Sequence record: PQ287642.1
Reading direction: 5' to 3' (one strand)
Length of the DNA: 64,000 nucleotides
The notes beneath the pieces are model-generated. The model ran no database searches. It was not told the DNA's origin and saw only the letters and a list, made by a program, of their open reading frames with translations. Of this stretch, positions 8,625-18,694 are shown piece by piece (the stretch's first letter is position 1; each line of letters opens with the position of its first letter). A program made the translations under genes and the position numbers.

Positions 8625-10598
8625 TTAGAGCAGCTTACCTCCCATGACCGCAAGATCGTAGGGATGGTCATTCCTCAGTGTGTAGAGGAAACTGCCAGGA
8701 TTATTCAACGGCTCATGTTGCTTCTCAAACGACATCGCACCAGCAAGAGAACGGGACATCATCAGTTTGTTGTATTTTTCAAACTGACCCGTAATACCCG
8801 GCTTAGGCAGACGATAATCGCGTTCAGCGATAGAGCGCACCATCATAGCATAAACCAGAACCTCACAGTGAACGGCATTCAAAGAGAACTTCTCATTCAA
8901 CAGCGACACAGTGGCTGCCAAAGCATCAACTGGGTCTTTGTAGTTCTTAAGATAAGTCTTGCTAGTAAAACCTACCTTATCTGAGCTCAGTTTAGACCCT
9001 TCAGTATCACTACCAGAGTGCAGGAATGACTGAATACGCTTCATCACTTCGTACATGTTTACGTGCTTATTAGGCAACGTCAGGAACGGCAGGGCAAAGT
9101 CAAACCCGGCCATATCGATCACGATATTATCACGAGCGTCAAGTTCCCAACGTACACGTTTGATATGTTGCAGCATTTCAGTCGATAGACTAGCTCGACG
9201 GTTATACAGCGACACCGTCAATACATCGCCTTCGTCTACTCCATCAACCGTCCGTACCAAACCAATACGGGTCAGTTCAGAAGCACTCGGTGCTGGATAT
9301 GCACTAAGGTCATCGATCATCAGAATATCAGCCAGGTTCTGAGCTTCGTTACGACCGATCATCAAGCGGAAACCTTTGCCCGAGAGTTCTTTCTTCAGAT
9401 AAAGAGTTTCAGCCGCAGATCCAGTGCGCAGGTACTTAGCTTCGACGCCACCAATCTGATACTGTTCTACAGCCGAGGTTGCATCAGTGTGTTTTGTCGA
9501 CAATACCGCAGAAGTGATTTTGTCACCCATGGATACAGCCGATACCTGACCAATGACAGTTCCTTTTGGAATAGAGAAACTTAGTCGCCCATAACACCGC
9601 GAACATACACCCTGAGGATCCGGATGCACACATCCCAAAATAGAACGCATCTTAATCTTTTTACCGATAAGATGTTTCTCATCCCCTTTCAGCCAGTCCA
9701 GTTGACCTGTCTGTTCGTTCAGATAGTACTTACCACGAAGAGCTTTCAACGTACCCTGCATTACAGGGAAGTCGATCAAGTGACCATTACAATCACCAGT
9801 GTGTAGGTTCTGTACATACTGAGCAATCAACTGAGACTTCCGGTTGAAATACTCGGTTACACGCAGTAGCTCTTTGTTATACAACAGAGCTTTGGTACCC
9901 GATCGGGATTCGATCATGTTTTCATACAGACCCCAAATACCATCAATGTAACCAGTGGTACACGGCTCACTGAAAATATCAGAGTTAATGTCTGTCGGGA
10001 AACCACGTGGTCCGTATGCCTGAAGCAATTGCTCCATTTTCTGCGTACCCGAGCGCAGGCCCTCAATGATGCTGTTACCACGGAACTGTGTTTCGTCGTT
10101 GAATGCTTCTTTGATCATCCCGTAAGAAATGTTTTCAATCCCGTACGTAGTAGGCTGTACATCTTGGTTAGCCTTTCTAACTGCCGGGTGATTGTACACT
10201 TCCATAATGTCAAAGATCGACAGGGTTGCAATGTAAGCACTCAGTCGAGTAGTGGTTTCATTATAAAGCCAATTCTTTCCTTCAATAGCCAGTTTAGCCA
10301 AAACCTCTGGATCGATCTGTTCACCACTCCATGCATGAATACCCCAAATAACTTTGTTCAGGTATTTCACAAGAGATTTAGAGGTAACCCGAGTAGATGC
10401 CAGATGGTAATCTTTCAGAACCGGGGCATCAGGGAAAGCTTTCAGTGGATACCAGAGCAGAACCGACAGCTTGGTGATCCGATCTTTTGCATAGAGTTTC
10501 TCTCCGTCATCAAAGATGATCTCGTGCCATTCACTTGGAATCGCCCAGAGTTCATCGTAACTCATATTGAGAAGATCACGTGCTTTATACTGATTCAT
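8625..10598 (-). CDS. Non-virion RNAP beta' C-terminal subunit (phiKZ gp74-like)
   Basis: 657 aa; GPRGFPTD, bridge-helix-like ESRSGTKALLYNK, Zn motif CSRCYG. Confidence 0.85.
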   Translation of the reverse strand: MNQYKARDLLNMSYDELWAIPSEWHEIIFDDGEKLYAKDRITKLSVLLWYPLKAFPDAPVLKDYHLASTRVTSKSLVKYLNKVIWGIHAWSGEQIDPEVLAKLAIEGKNWLYNETTTRLSAYIATLSIFDIMEVYNHPAVRKANQDVQPTTYGIENISYGMIKEAFNDETQFRGNSIIEGLRSGTQKMEQLLQAYGPRGFPTDINSDIFSEPCTTGYIDGIWGLYENMIESRSGTKALLYNKELLRVTEYFNRKSQLIAQYVQNLHTGDCNGHLIDFPVMQGTLKALRGKYYLNEQTGQLDWLKGDEKHLIGKKIKMRSILGCVHPDPQGVCSRCYGRLSFSIPKGTVIGQVSAVSMGDKITSAVLSTKHTDATSAVEQYQIGGVEAKYLRTGSAAETLYLKKELSGKGFRLMIGRNEAQNLADILMIDDLSAYPAPSASELTRIGLVRTVDGVDEGDVLTVSLYNRRASLSTEMLQHIKRVRWELDARDNIVIDMAGFDFALPFLTLPNKHVNMYEVMKRIQSFLHSGSDTEGSKLSSDKVGFTSKTYLKNYKDPVDALAATVSLLNEKFSLNAVHCEVLVYAMMVRSIAERDYRLPKPGITGQFEKYNKLMMSRSLAGAMSFEKQHEPLNNPGSFLYTLRNDHPYDLAVMGGKLL

Positions 10599-10624
10599 TA
10601 TTTACCTCTTGGCGTGCAGCCCGG

Positions 10625-12736
10625 TTAAACACCGGGCGCGTACTTGAACTGCAATCCACGGCATTCCAACAAGTGCGACAGAAGTCCAACTGGTCGGGAG
10701 TTACCGAATGGGATTTTGGAACGATCAACTGCTTTCTCAATGTTGGACGGTTTATCCGCAGTGAGGATAGAGTTGATCACAGCAATGTGTGCTTCGGGGT
10801 TATTGGTTTGATCCAACAGTTCTACCGTGGGTAGTGCACCGACCGTACAGTTGTAAGATCGAGTCTCAGATTCACCAAACGAACGAATAGCGCTTTCTCG
10901 ACCAGGTGTACTGGACCGATCGGAGTTATTCAGTTTCGATGGTAGACCAAACTGTTGAGTCTTCACCGATGCTACGGCCGACCAGTCTTCACCGATCTTT
11001 TCGAGCAGCATCATGTATAGCGGGCCAAGCAACATTGGGTCTTTTGTCGTTACTTCTTTACCTGTTTGATCTCGATATGTCACCGGTGCATATGTTGGAC
11101 AGAAGCGAGAATTAAGGATCTGGTTACTTGCTGTCGGCAAATGTACGGGGTCATCAACCGGGGAATACAAGTACGCAAAACCATCTCTCAATACATGCGA
11201 TACATGTTGAATCGGATTCGGGTGATCCTTAACCATTCCATGCATTGTCGGAGTAACGATTGCATAGAAATCAAGCAGCTCATTAAAGGCATACTTGATA
11301 AAGTCAGGATTGTTTCTGATATGGTTTACAACGTCGTCAAGTTCATAGGAACCATGACGCTCTAGCCCACATTCAACTCGGAGACGTTGAGCCAGATCGC
11401 GAGATGCTGCACCGAAACCATGTTCATAGATACGACCATAGTTAGAACGACGCATAGTCGAGCCGCCAAAGATAACAACATCTGCAACGTTACCATTCAC
11501 GTCACGAGGCATATCTGCTCGCTTCATGATCTTACAAACGACACCTTTTCCGCCATGGAAATCAGTGGCTTTATATGCACCGCCCGGTTCTTTAATCGAT
11601 TCATAGGTGATTTCAACACGCCATTCATCAAGTTGATCCAGTCGATACATACGGGTCAGCTTACGTTGACCTTCGGCTTGAGGCAGATAGATCATCGCTT
11701 CTACTACAAGTTGACGAAACTCCTCGGTCATATGGAGGCGATCTTTACGGCGGGCAGACAGACCTTTATATACCTTGATGATCTCACGGTAATACGACGC
11801 CAGTGCGTCATAGTACTTCCGCAGTTGTCCATCCATACCACTCGGAGTATAAGATGGATTTTGACGATCATCCCAATACACTTTGATGTCTTTAATGATT
11901 GCGCCCGGATCACCAATTACGGCACGGTCGAACGTACGATCGAGAGTGCGCAATGCACGTGGAGTCATTTCAGCTGGCGAGAGATCGTCATCAAGGTCTC
12001 GAACAGCGAAGATAACACCATCATCACGAATACGTTCACCGATATCAGGGAAGAGCTTGATGTTTTTATCGTCACCGTACATATTGAGGAAGAATGCTTT
12101 CTTACCAGCTCCGCCAGTAGCGGTTGTATAAGTACGAGGAGCCATCTTCTCCCGAAGGAACTCATCGCAGAATACGAAACCGTCCTCAATAGTACCAGGC
12201 ATAGAACCGAACATCACGGTGGCGTTAACGCCCATGCCCAGAAGACCATTTTCTTTTACAGTTGTGGATTGTGCAATAACCGTATCTTTGGCAAACATCT
12301 CACCAACGGCAAGGTTATTCCATACATCTTTCTGCTTTTCAAGTTTGAATCCAAAGTCCTGGTGAAAGCTTAGGTACTCTGGTACATGGATAACACCGAT
12401 TCGTTTAAACTCGTCGTAATACTCCTCATACACGATCGTAGTTACGGGGTTATGTCGAATAGATCCACGACCCACACCAGTGGGATACTTACGGATAATA
12501 TTCAGAACAACGCAATCCGTTGGGAAACGAATATCGAAGGTATGTTCAGCATAACGCATTTCGATACCCGCCATTACCCGACGTGGCTCGTTCCCTTCCA
12601 CTACTGGCGATTGTCCAATATGTGACAGCAACATGGCACCGCGTGCCGCGGAGGTTGTTCCGTAATATGGATCAATTGCCGCGTGACCGAGCAAACGCAG
12701 GTTAATTTCACGGATGGCATTTGGTAGACTTTGCAT
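10625..12736 (-). CDS. Non-virion RNAP beta C-terminal subunit (phiKZ gp71-73-like), uninterrupted
   Basis: 703 aa; DFHGGKGVV (cf. RHGNKGV), YMMLLEK, FGESE. Confidence 0.9.
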   Translation of the reverse strand: MQSLPNAIREINLRLLGHAAIDPYYGTTSAARGAMLLSHIGQSPVVEGNEPRRVMAGIEMRYAEHTFDIRFPTDCVVLNIIRKYPTGVGRGSIRHNPVTTIVYEEYYDEFKRIGVIHVPEYLSFHQDFGFKLEKQKDVWNNLAVGEMFAKDTVIAQSTTVKENGLLGMGVNATVMFGSMPGTIEDGFVFCDEFLREKMAPRTYTTATGGAGKKAFFLNMYGDDKNIKLFPDIGERIRDDGVIFAVRDLDDDLSPAEMTPRALRTLDRTFDRAVIGDPGAIIKDIKVYWDDRQNPSYTPSGMDGQLRKYYDALASYYREIIKVYKGLSARRKDRLHMTEEFRQLVVEAMIYLPQAEGQRKLTRMYRLDQLDEWRVEITYESIKEPGGAYKATDFHGGKGVVCKIMKRADMPRDVNGNVADVVIFGGSTMRRSNYGRIYEHGFGAASRDLAQRLRVECGLERHGSYELDDVVNHIRNNPDFIKYAFNELLDFYAIVTPTMHGMVKDHPNPIQHVSHVLRDGFAYLYSPVDDPVHLPTASNQILNSRFCPTYAPVTYRDQTGKEVTTKDPMLLGPLYMMLLEKIGEDWSAVASVKTQQFGLPSKLNNSDRSSTPGRESAIRSFGESETRSYNCTVGALPTVELLDQTNNPEAHIAVINSILTADKPSNIEKAVDRSKIPFGNSRPVGLLSHLLECRGLQFKYAPGV

Positions 12737-12768
12737 CTATAACTCCTGTTGATCGTTGGTGCAGAATG

Positions 12769-12786
12769 ATTATATAGATGTGAAAA
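12769..12786 (-). promoter_or_regulatory. Early promoter variant
   Basis: TTTTCACATCTATATAAT upstream of the nvRNAP beta gene. Confidence 0.55.
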
Positions 12787-12809
12787 TTATTTTTTTGTAG
12801 GATTCCTCT

Positions 12810-13172
12810 ATGGCATTTACAATTATGGAACAAACCGGTGACGGTGGAGCATCAATGTTTTATGATCCAGCTTTCCGTTTAATTGTCGAAACACATATCA
12901 ACATTCTCCGTAATATCAACTCGGTTAGAGTAGAGATTCCGAATGAGTTGTACTGGCAATACGAAGGAAACTTTTATGGGTATTTAACAGAGATCGGTAT
13001 TGAGCCTGAACTCCATTGGATTTATTTGCGTGTTAATGGCATGGAAAATCCAAACCAGTTTGCAGCAGATGTCCGTAACCCTTTAGACAAAGTGTACAAC
13101 AATATCTTGATCAAGCCATCTAACAACGAGATCGGTGCATTACAACAGTTCTACACTAGTCGAAAATTTTAA
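12810..13172 (+). CDS. Conserved small protein, possibly LysM/T4 gp53-like baseplate component
   Basis: 120 aa; HWIYLRVNGMENP resembles the LysM-like WxIxxxNxxxNP pattern; function uncertain. Confidence 0.5.
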   Translation: MAFTIMEQTGDGGASMFYDPAFRLIVETHINILRNINSVRVEIPNELYWQYEGNFYGYLTEIGIEPELHWIYLRVNGMENPNQFAADVRNPLDKVYNNILIKPSNNEIGALQQFYTSRKF

Positions 13173-13178
13173 AGCAAT

Positions 13179-13213
13179 AGCAGGGGACCCTAAGGCCCCC
13201 TGCTTTATGCCGT
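13179..13213. terminator. Hairpin with TTATGCCGT tail between convergent genes
   Basis: AGCAGGGG...CCCCTGCT. Confidence 0.75.
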
Positions 13214-13214
13214 C

Positions 13215-14534
13215 TTACACCAATCCAAGACCATTGGTTTGACGCATGCCAGCCACAGCCTGCATGTACGGGTTAGCCGGTTGACCGTTACCCATCATCA
13301 TCATGCCCTGTTGTTGGCCACCCATCCACGCGGGAATGGGTGCGTTCGCTTGGATACCCTGGGGCTGCATGTTACCCATTTGCATAGGTTGCATCATCCC
13401 ACCCATGCCATTCATCTGCATCATGCCATTGCCTGGCATCATCATGCCGTTATTCATCGGCATCATCATTCCCATTTGCTGCTGCATCATCTGCGGTTGG
13501 GGATTCTGTGCAGCCATGAATTCGCTCATGGAGACAGTATCTTTTTCTACAGGTTTGCTAACAACTGCGGCGGGACGAGTCAGCTGAGGAGTACTGGCTT
13601 GTGGAGCAGTAACGCTCGGTGCTTGTTGCTGGGTTTGTACAGCTTCGGCAGTTTCCGGAGTATCCTCATCACGACCACCGAGGTTGCCATTCAGCGGAGG
13701 GATAAGGTTATAGATCTTCGGGAACTCGTCGATCAGATCCAGATCAAACACAGGAATAAGATTGACGGGGATTTGCAGTGGGATCGCGTACCGGTTAATC
13801 AGCTGATTGAGCATCACGATTACTTTGTGATACGCAGTCAGAAGACTGGTGTAATAAGGTGCAACACGGCTGGTAGTACCAAAGGCATACTCTTCCGGAT
13901 TGTCACCAAACGGAACGATCAGTTTGAACAGCGCAGTGAGAACCTTACGTTGTTTCTTCGCCATCTTGATACCAAGAACATCATCAGTTTCAGCCTGAAG
14001 ATCTTCCAGGATCGGGAAGCGAATGATCGCCATACGGTTTACTTTCTTACCATCGAAAGTACCGCCATTCTTCAAGTAAACTGCAACCAGTCGGTTCTTC
14101 TTAGTAGCAGCAGGCATCAGTTTCTCGAACAGACCGACAGTTGCTTTATCCGCATCTGCCAGTTTCTTCAGGAAGTCAGTTGCATCCGGCGGCAGGTCCT
14201 TGTGGGACGACTTGTCCGCTGCGATGGTCAGAAGTTGTTCGGCCATTTTGTGGACGACGAAACTAATGTGTGCTTTTGCTGCGCGTTGCAGATACTGAAT
14301 CACCGGGGAAGTACCCCGGCGACTCAATGCTTCACTCAGCGGGTGGAACGGCTGGAAGTCTTCACCGAATCCCTTGCGAAGGAACTTATCGGTTGGGATT
14401 ACAAGACGTTTACCGTCTACGGTCGAAGGAGAAGCAGTACCTACCGGATTACGGAGGCTGATATAACCTTCTTCATCGAACTCGCAGGCGAACGAGGGGA
14501 GTACAGACTTATACGAGTCCAAGATCAACGACAT
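13215..14534 (-). CDS. Conserved nucleus-block protein (phiKZ gp70-like) with Met/Gln/Gly/Asn-rich C-terminus
   Basis: 439 aa; synteny after picA. Confidence 0.65.
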   Translation of the reverse strand: MSLILDSYKSVLPSFACEFDEEGYISLRNPVGTASPSTVDGKRLVIPTDKFLRKGFGEDFQPFHPLSEALSRRGTSPVIQYLQRAAKAHISFVVHKMAEQLLTIAADKSSHKDLPPDATDFLKKLADADKATVGLFEKLMPAATKKNRLVAVYLKNGGTFDGKKVNRMAIIRFPILEDLQAETDDVLGIKMAKKQRKVLTALFKLIVPFGDNPEEYAFGTTSRVAPYYTSLLTAYHKVIVMLNQLINRYAIPLQIPVNLIPVFDLDLIDEFPKIYNLIPPLNGNLGGRDEDTPETAEAVQTQQQAPSVTAPQASTPQLTRPAAVVSKPVEKDTVSMSEFMAAQNPQPQMMQQQMGMMMPMNNGMMMPGNGMMQMNGMGGMMQPMQMGNMQPQGIQANAPIPAWMGGQQQGMMMMGNGQPANPYMQAVAGMRQTNGLGLV

Positions 14535-16143
14535 TGCTTGCTCCTTGGTTAATAGCGTTAGGCATCATGATGGGTGCAGCTACCGGATGTTGGTAACCGA
14601 CAGACTGAAGAGCCTGATGTTGAGTCGGATTGGGAATTACTTCTTGTACCAGCCACAGCATATCACCAGACAGGTTAGTCGGGTGTTGCTCGTTACGGGT
14701 AATCATCGGGGAGAACAGACTATCCGTAAAGGTCGGTGCAATGAAACGAGTCAGCGACTGACCACCGATGGCAATATCGATGATCGAGTCACCAGCCAAG
14801 TCCGAATGCATCGAGATACGGAACGGCAGCTGGTTACCACGGGTGATGTTGTTCAGGATATCGATAGCCAGGCGGCGTTCGAATTCCAGAATGTATTGAC
14901 GCATGTCCAGGTTATCAATGATAGCCTTAGAGTTCTGCGGATGGAACTCGAACGAATAGTTATTCGGACCAGTACCATTAGTTACAGCAAACGAGCAAGT
15001 GCGGAGGAAGGTATCCATCATGATCGACGGAATGGTCTGTGCCAACAGACTTGCACCAATGGAGGTATAGTCTGCACCGCTCCAAACTTCGGAGTCTTCT
15101 GCCTGAGAAATACGACGGATTGAACGGCCATCGTTCATGGAGAACTGAGTAACCTGTTGGGTGCCGCATTCAGGGAAGAGCCGCTTGAGATCACGGAAAG
15201 TGATATAGCCATTCTCCATATACCCGGCATGATCTTTAAGAACAGCCAAGAAGGTGTTAGTATGGATCTGCTGGTTCCTGCACTGGGCAGCAGCTTCACC
15301 AAACATCACATCTTTATCAGGAGCCCCGAACAGATCATCCCCTTGGTTCTCCATTGCATTCTCTTTGACAGCATGTTGGTATGCGCCAAGAGTATTCGAC
15401 AGATAACGAGTTGGGGAGGTATCTCGACGTTGGCTATACTTGTATGCTCCTCCTTCACCAACCATCGTGCGATGGTCGATGGACCGATTGATCATTCCGT
15501 CAAACAAACCAGAGCTTTGCAGTTTCTGTGCCACATGCGCTGTTTGACCAATACTAAAGATATCTTCAGGACGGATCAGGTGAGCAGTTGCACGAGAGAA
15601 CATTCCATTCATTCCGCCCATCATGTCAACAGGAGAAACGATCTGGTTGGAACCTACGATCGACGCAACGTGTTGGGGACCATGAATGGTTTGTTGAATA
15701 GCTTGAGCAATGATAGTTTCGGAGTTGAAGTAGATACGCATGTCATCCGGCAGATAATTCTGAGATGCGTCAGCGTGGTCACTATAGCCAAAGAAGATAC
15801 GTTGAGTCAGCGTTCCCGCAATGAATGGATGTTGCTCATTCACTTTCATCAAGAAGCGGAACCGGCGAGAACGCCAGCCATGTGCAATACCGACACTACC
15901 TTCTACCGATGCTTGGGGAGTGATAACCGAAGAAGCTACTTCTTGTACAGCACTTACCCGAAGGTTCATGCCACCATTTGTAGCTTGTTCCAGTTGACGA
16001 GCTACTTCTTGGTTAGCATTAATCGAGAAAGGTCGAATGTGCTGTTCTTGATAGGTGCCGGTTTCCACCAGAACAAAGTTCTGTACGGACAGCTTCGAGT
16101 TGACAGCTGCACCAGCGGAAATGCCCATGTTGATTCCGTGCAT
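14509..16143 (-). CDS. picA: Phage-nucleus protein import factor PicA/Imp1 (phiKZ gp69-like)
   Basis: 544 aa in the conserved position between the gp68-like and gp70-like genes; assigned mainly by synteny. Confidence 0.7.
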   Translation of the reverse strand: MHGINMGISAGAAVNSKLSVQNFVLVETGTYQEQHIRPFSINANQEVARQLEQATNGGMNLRVSAVQEVASSVITPQASVEGSVGIAHGWRSRRFRFLMKVNEQHPFIAGTLTQRIFFGYSDHADASQNYLPDDMRIYFNSETIIAQAIQQTIHGPQHVASIVGSNQIVSPVDMMGGMNGMFSRATAHLIRPEDIFSIGQTAHVAQKLQSSGLFDGMINRSIDHRTMVGEGGAYKYSQRRDTSPTRYLSNTLGAYQHAVKENAMENQGDDLFGAPDKDVMFGEAAAQCRNQQIHTNTFLAVLKDHAGYMENGYITFRDLKRLFPECGTQQVTQFSMNDGRSIRRISQAEDSEVWSGADYTSIGASLLAQTIPSIMMDTFLRTCSFAVTNGTGPNNYSFEFHPQNSKAIIDNLDMRQYILEFERRLAIDILNNITRGNQLPFRISMHSDLAGDSIIDIAIGGQSLTRFIAPTFTDSLFSPMITRNEQHPTNLSGDMLWLVQEVIPNPTQHQALQSVGYQHPVAAPIMMPNAINQGASNVVDLGLV

Positions 16144-16162
16144 GTAATTTACCTCTTGAATT

Positions 16163-17740
16163 TTACTGGTTGATCTGAGCGAGGTGTAGAACCACTTCGG
16201 TGATCGTGTGCTTGATATTTGGAGGTGGAATCAGAATGTTGTTCTGAGCAATCTGTCCAGAAAGCTTGAACAGCTCAGGTGGACCATGATAGATCCAAGT
16301 AGAGGAGCGGATGGACTGGTTACAGTTATTCACTGCAATACCCGCCATGTTATCTGGCTTAGGAATCTCTCCCGATTGGGGGACCTTAGCGAGTTTCATA
16401 TGCGGATAGAGTTCATCGAGCTGTGCCTTATACTTCTGAGCAATTCTCGAACCACTTCGGGTATTACTAAGCTGATTAGTCGATCCATGTTCACCGTGAT
16501 AAACAGGTTCGACTTGTAGGAACACAGCTACATCAAGGTAACCCCAATGCCACAGTAGAGCCTGGGTAGTTGCCAACAGTGTATTGACTGGCAGTTTGGA
16601 GATATGATAGAAAGCACGCGCCGGGAAAGCTTTTGCCATTACCCATTGTGCCAGTAGTACTTGGTGAGGACGGATCTCAAAGTTCGCGACCTGACTCACG
16701 CAACTAATACATTTTCTCAGTTTCTCCATGTCGATAGTAGGATCTACCGTTTGTGCCAGTAGCTCATAATCCATCGCATCGATGTTGTATGCCTCAATGT
16801 CGCCTGGGCTAACTCGACCTTTCGTCTTGTGTGCCTCAATAAACGAAGTTTTATCTTCGTCGTCACCACCGCCGCCTTCTGGACGCTTTTCATTAACGCG
16901 ATCAGTTGGACTACGCTCGGCAGGATTGAGATTGCTACGTACGTAACGGAACGTGTTAGCTACGATAGAGTGGGACATTGGATCGTTCAGAGGAACGATT
17001 GTCAGTCGGCGAACCAGAACCTTCGAACGAAGATGTACTGGAATTTCAACTGAACTCATACCACGCCAAAGGCTACCCAAAGTAGTCGGTTCATCTTCAA
17101 CGCAGAATTTGACGTACCCTTCCAGTTTGTCAAATGCCGCATCTACATCTTCACCCACTTCATCTTTTTCAAGTAGCGGCCAGTTAGCAATTTCACAACG
17201 GCTAATCAAACCAACAACTTCGTTTTCTTTGTGGAGTTCTTGATCCGTACCAGAATCAATGTATTCTCCCCAAATCGGAACCATCGGTCGAAGACCAAGT
17301 GCCACAGTAGCGAGGTTGATGTAGTCATGTTGAAGATAAGTCTGCTCACGCTTGGTGTAGCGCGATTCATCAGTGATCGTTTTCTGGATCTCTGGTGGAA
17401 TATGCAGATTACCAATAGTCAACAGCCAACGACGGAGTTTGTTCATTGGCAGAGCTGAGTAAAGTTCATGGATGTAATGGATCAGCGTACTGGAGATGTG
17501 CGCCGGTTCGAAGTCCATCTTGAACAGATCGTTGATTTTGACATAGCTGTTCCAGATACGATCTTGATCAGCCTCATCGCAGCTTTCTAGGTAATCATTA
17601 AATTCCTTGAAAACACGAGTTGGATCATTGAGTTTTACTTTGCTATAAGCCCTTGTACTCCACTTGATTTCGTTTCCTTTATGGCTAGTGGTTACTTCCA
17701 CAAAGCCGTTGCCTTGTACCCCAGTAACGTCGATGCGCAT
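16163..17740 (-). CDS. Non-virion RNAP promoter-specificity subunit (phiKZ gp68-like)
   Basis: 525 aa; synteny; early promoter upstream. Confidence 0.75.
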   Translation of the reverse strand: MRIDVTGVQGNGFVEVTTSHKGNEIKWSTRAYSKVKLNDPTRVFKEFNDYLESCDEADQDRIWNSYVKINDLFKMDFEPAHISSTLIHYIHELYSALPMNKLRRWLLTIGNLHIPPEIQKTITDESRYTKREQTYLQHDYINLATVALGLRPMVPIWGEYIDSGTDQELHKENEVVGLISRCEIANWPLLEKDEVGEDVDAAFDKLEGYVKFCVEDEPTTLGSLWRGMSSVEIPVHLRSKVLVRRLTIVPLNDPMSHSIVANTFRYVRSNLNPAERSPTDRVNEKRPEGGGGDDEDKTSFIEAHKTKGRVSPGDIEAYNIDAMDYELLAQTVDPTIDMEKLRKCISCVSQVANFEIRPHQVLLAQWVMAKAFPARAFYHISKLPVNTLLATTQALLWHWGYLDVAVFLQVEPVYHGEHGSTNQLSNTRSGSRIAQKYKAQLDELYPHMKLAKVPQSGEIPKPDNMAGIAVNNCNQSIRSSTWIYHGPPELFKLSGQIAQNNILIPPPNIKHTITEVVLHLAQINQ

Positions 17741-17772
17741 TTATACCTCTTTAGTTCTGGTGATGCACAGTT

Positions 17773-17790
17773 GTAATATAGATCTGAGAT
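17773..17790 (-). promoter_or_regulatory. Early promoter
   Basis: ATCTCAGATCTATATTAC. Confidence 0.8.
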
Positions 17791-17818
17791 ATTTTTTAAT
17801 GTCAGGAAATAGAGGGCA

Positions 17819-17855
17819 TACAGCATCTCTCGGTGTTTACCAAAGAGATGCTGTA
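17819..17855 (-). terminator. Long hairpin after chmC, no U-tract
   Basis: TACAGCATCTCT/AGAGATGCTGTA 12-bp perfect stem ending in TATGCC. Confidence 0.6.
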
Positions 17856-17862
17856 GATTTAT

Positions 17863-18609
17863 TTAGAAGTCAGGAATGGAATCGTCAAAGCCATTGTCCT
17901 GGAAACCACCGGAGGACGGACGATTGTAACCTTGAGGAGCACCACCGCTATTACCACCACGGTTGCCGCCATTATAGCCACCTTGACGTTGACCACCGCC
18001 GCCACCGTTACCAAAGTTAGCTGGGTTGGCTACGTTCTTAGCGTTCTGGTCAAAACTGCTTACCATCATCTGGTAAATGATTGCAGTGGCCGGTTCCAGG
18101 AAACCGGTAGCGTAAGCTTCGGACATCTCTTTCGGAGAGATGGGCGAACCATCACCATTCAGGATGGTGTGATATTTCGACGGACCGAAGAAGAACCGGA
18201 TACGCGGGCGCTGTTGCTGAGAAGAGATAAGAGCAATGTAAATACGACCAGAGTTCTGTTCGCGGCCGATTACCAGTGTGGTGATCGGAATGATCTTATC
18301 GATCTTTTTACCGCCAACAAAGTCATCTTGGTGAACAAACTTACGTTCTTGAGGAACATCTTTACCATCGACAAGATCCCGTGCATACTTCATTGCAGCT
18401 GCAAAAGTAGCCAGGTCAGTTTTGAATTCAATCTTACCGTTATTCAGATCACCTTGAACGTTAGTACGTACGGTCAGGCGAGGTACGTTACCAAAGACAC
18501 CGAAACGCAGGTTAGGACGTTTCTGAGAACCTTCTACCGGATCAGCATGTAGCCAAGTGGACATTACAGAGAACGGAGAGAGGGCAGGGCCTTGGGATTG
18601 TTGAGACAT
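17863..18609 (-). CDS. chmC: Nucleus-associated RNA-binding protein ChmC (phiKZ gp67-like)
   Basis: 248 aa; beta-rich core plus G/N/Q/R-rich disordered tail (GNGGGGGQRQGGYNGGNRGG); directly upstream of the gp68-like gene. Confidence 0.7.
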   Translation of the reverse strand: MSQQSQGPALSPFSVMSTWLHADPVEGSQKRPNLRFGVFGNVPRLTVRTNVQGDLNNGKIEFKTDLATFAAAMKYARDLVDGKDVPQERKFVHQDDFVGGKKIDKIIPITTLVIGREQNSGRIYIALISSQQQRPRIRFFFGPSKYHTILNGDGSPISPKEMSEAYATGFLEPATAIIYQMMVSSFDQNAKNVANPANFGNGGGGGQRQGGYNGGNRGGNSGGAPQGYNRPSSGGFQDNGFDDSIPDF

Positions 18610-18694
18610 GATGTGTTAGCTCCAATTGGATTAATTTTTTACACTTCGCGAAAGTGTTTCTACGTACTATATCGATGAAGAGTATTCTTTCTAA

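Noticed and set aside
11387-16173. Long antisense ORFs (11387-12373, 13239-14552, 14545-15123, 15157-16173)
   Set aside because: Mirror frames of the nvRNAP, gp70-like and PicA genes; no protein-like features
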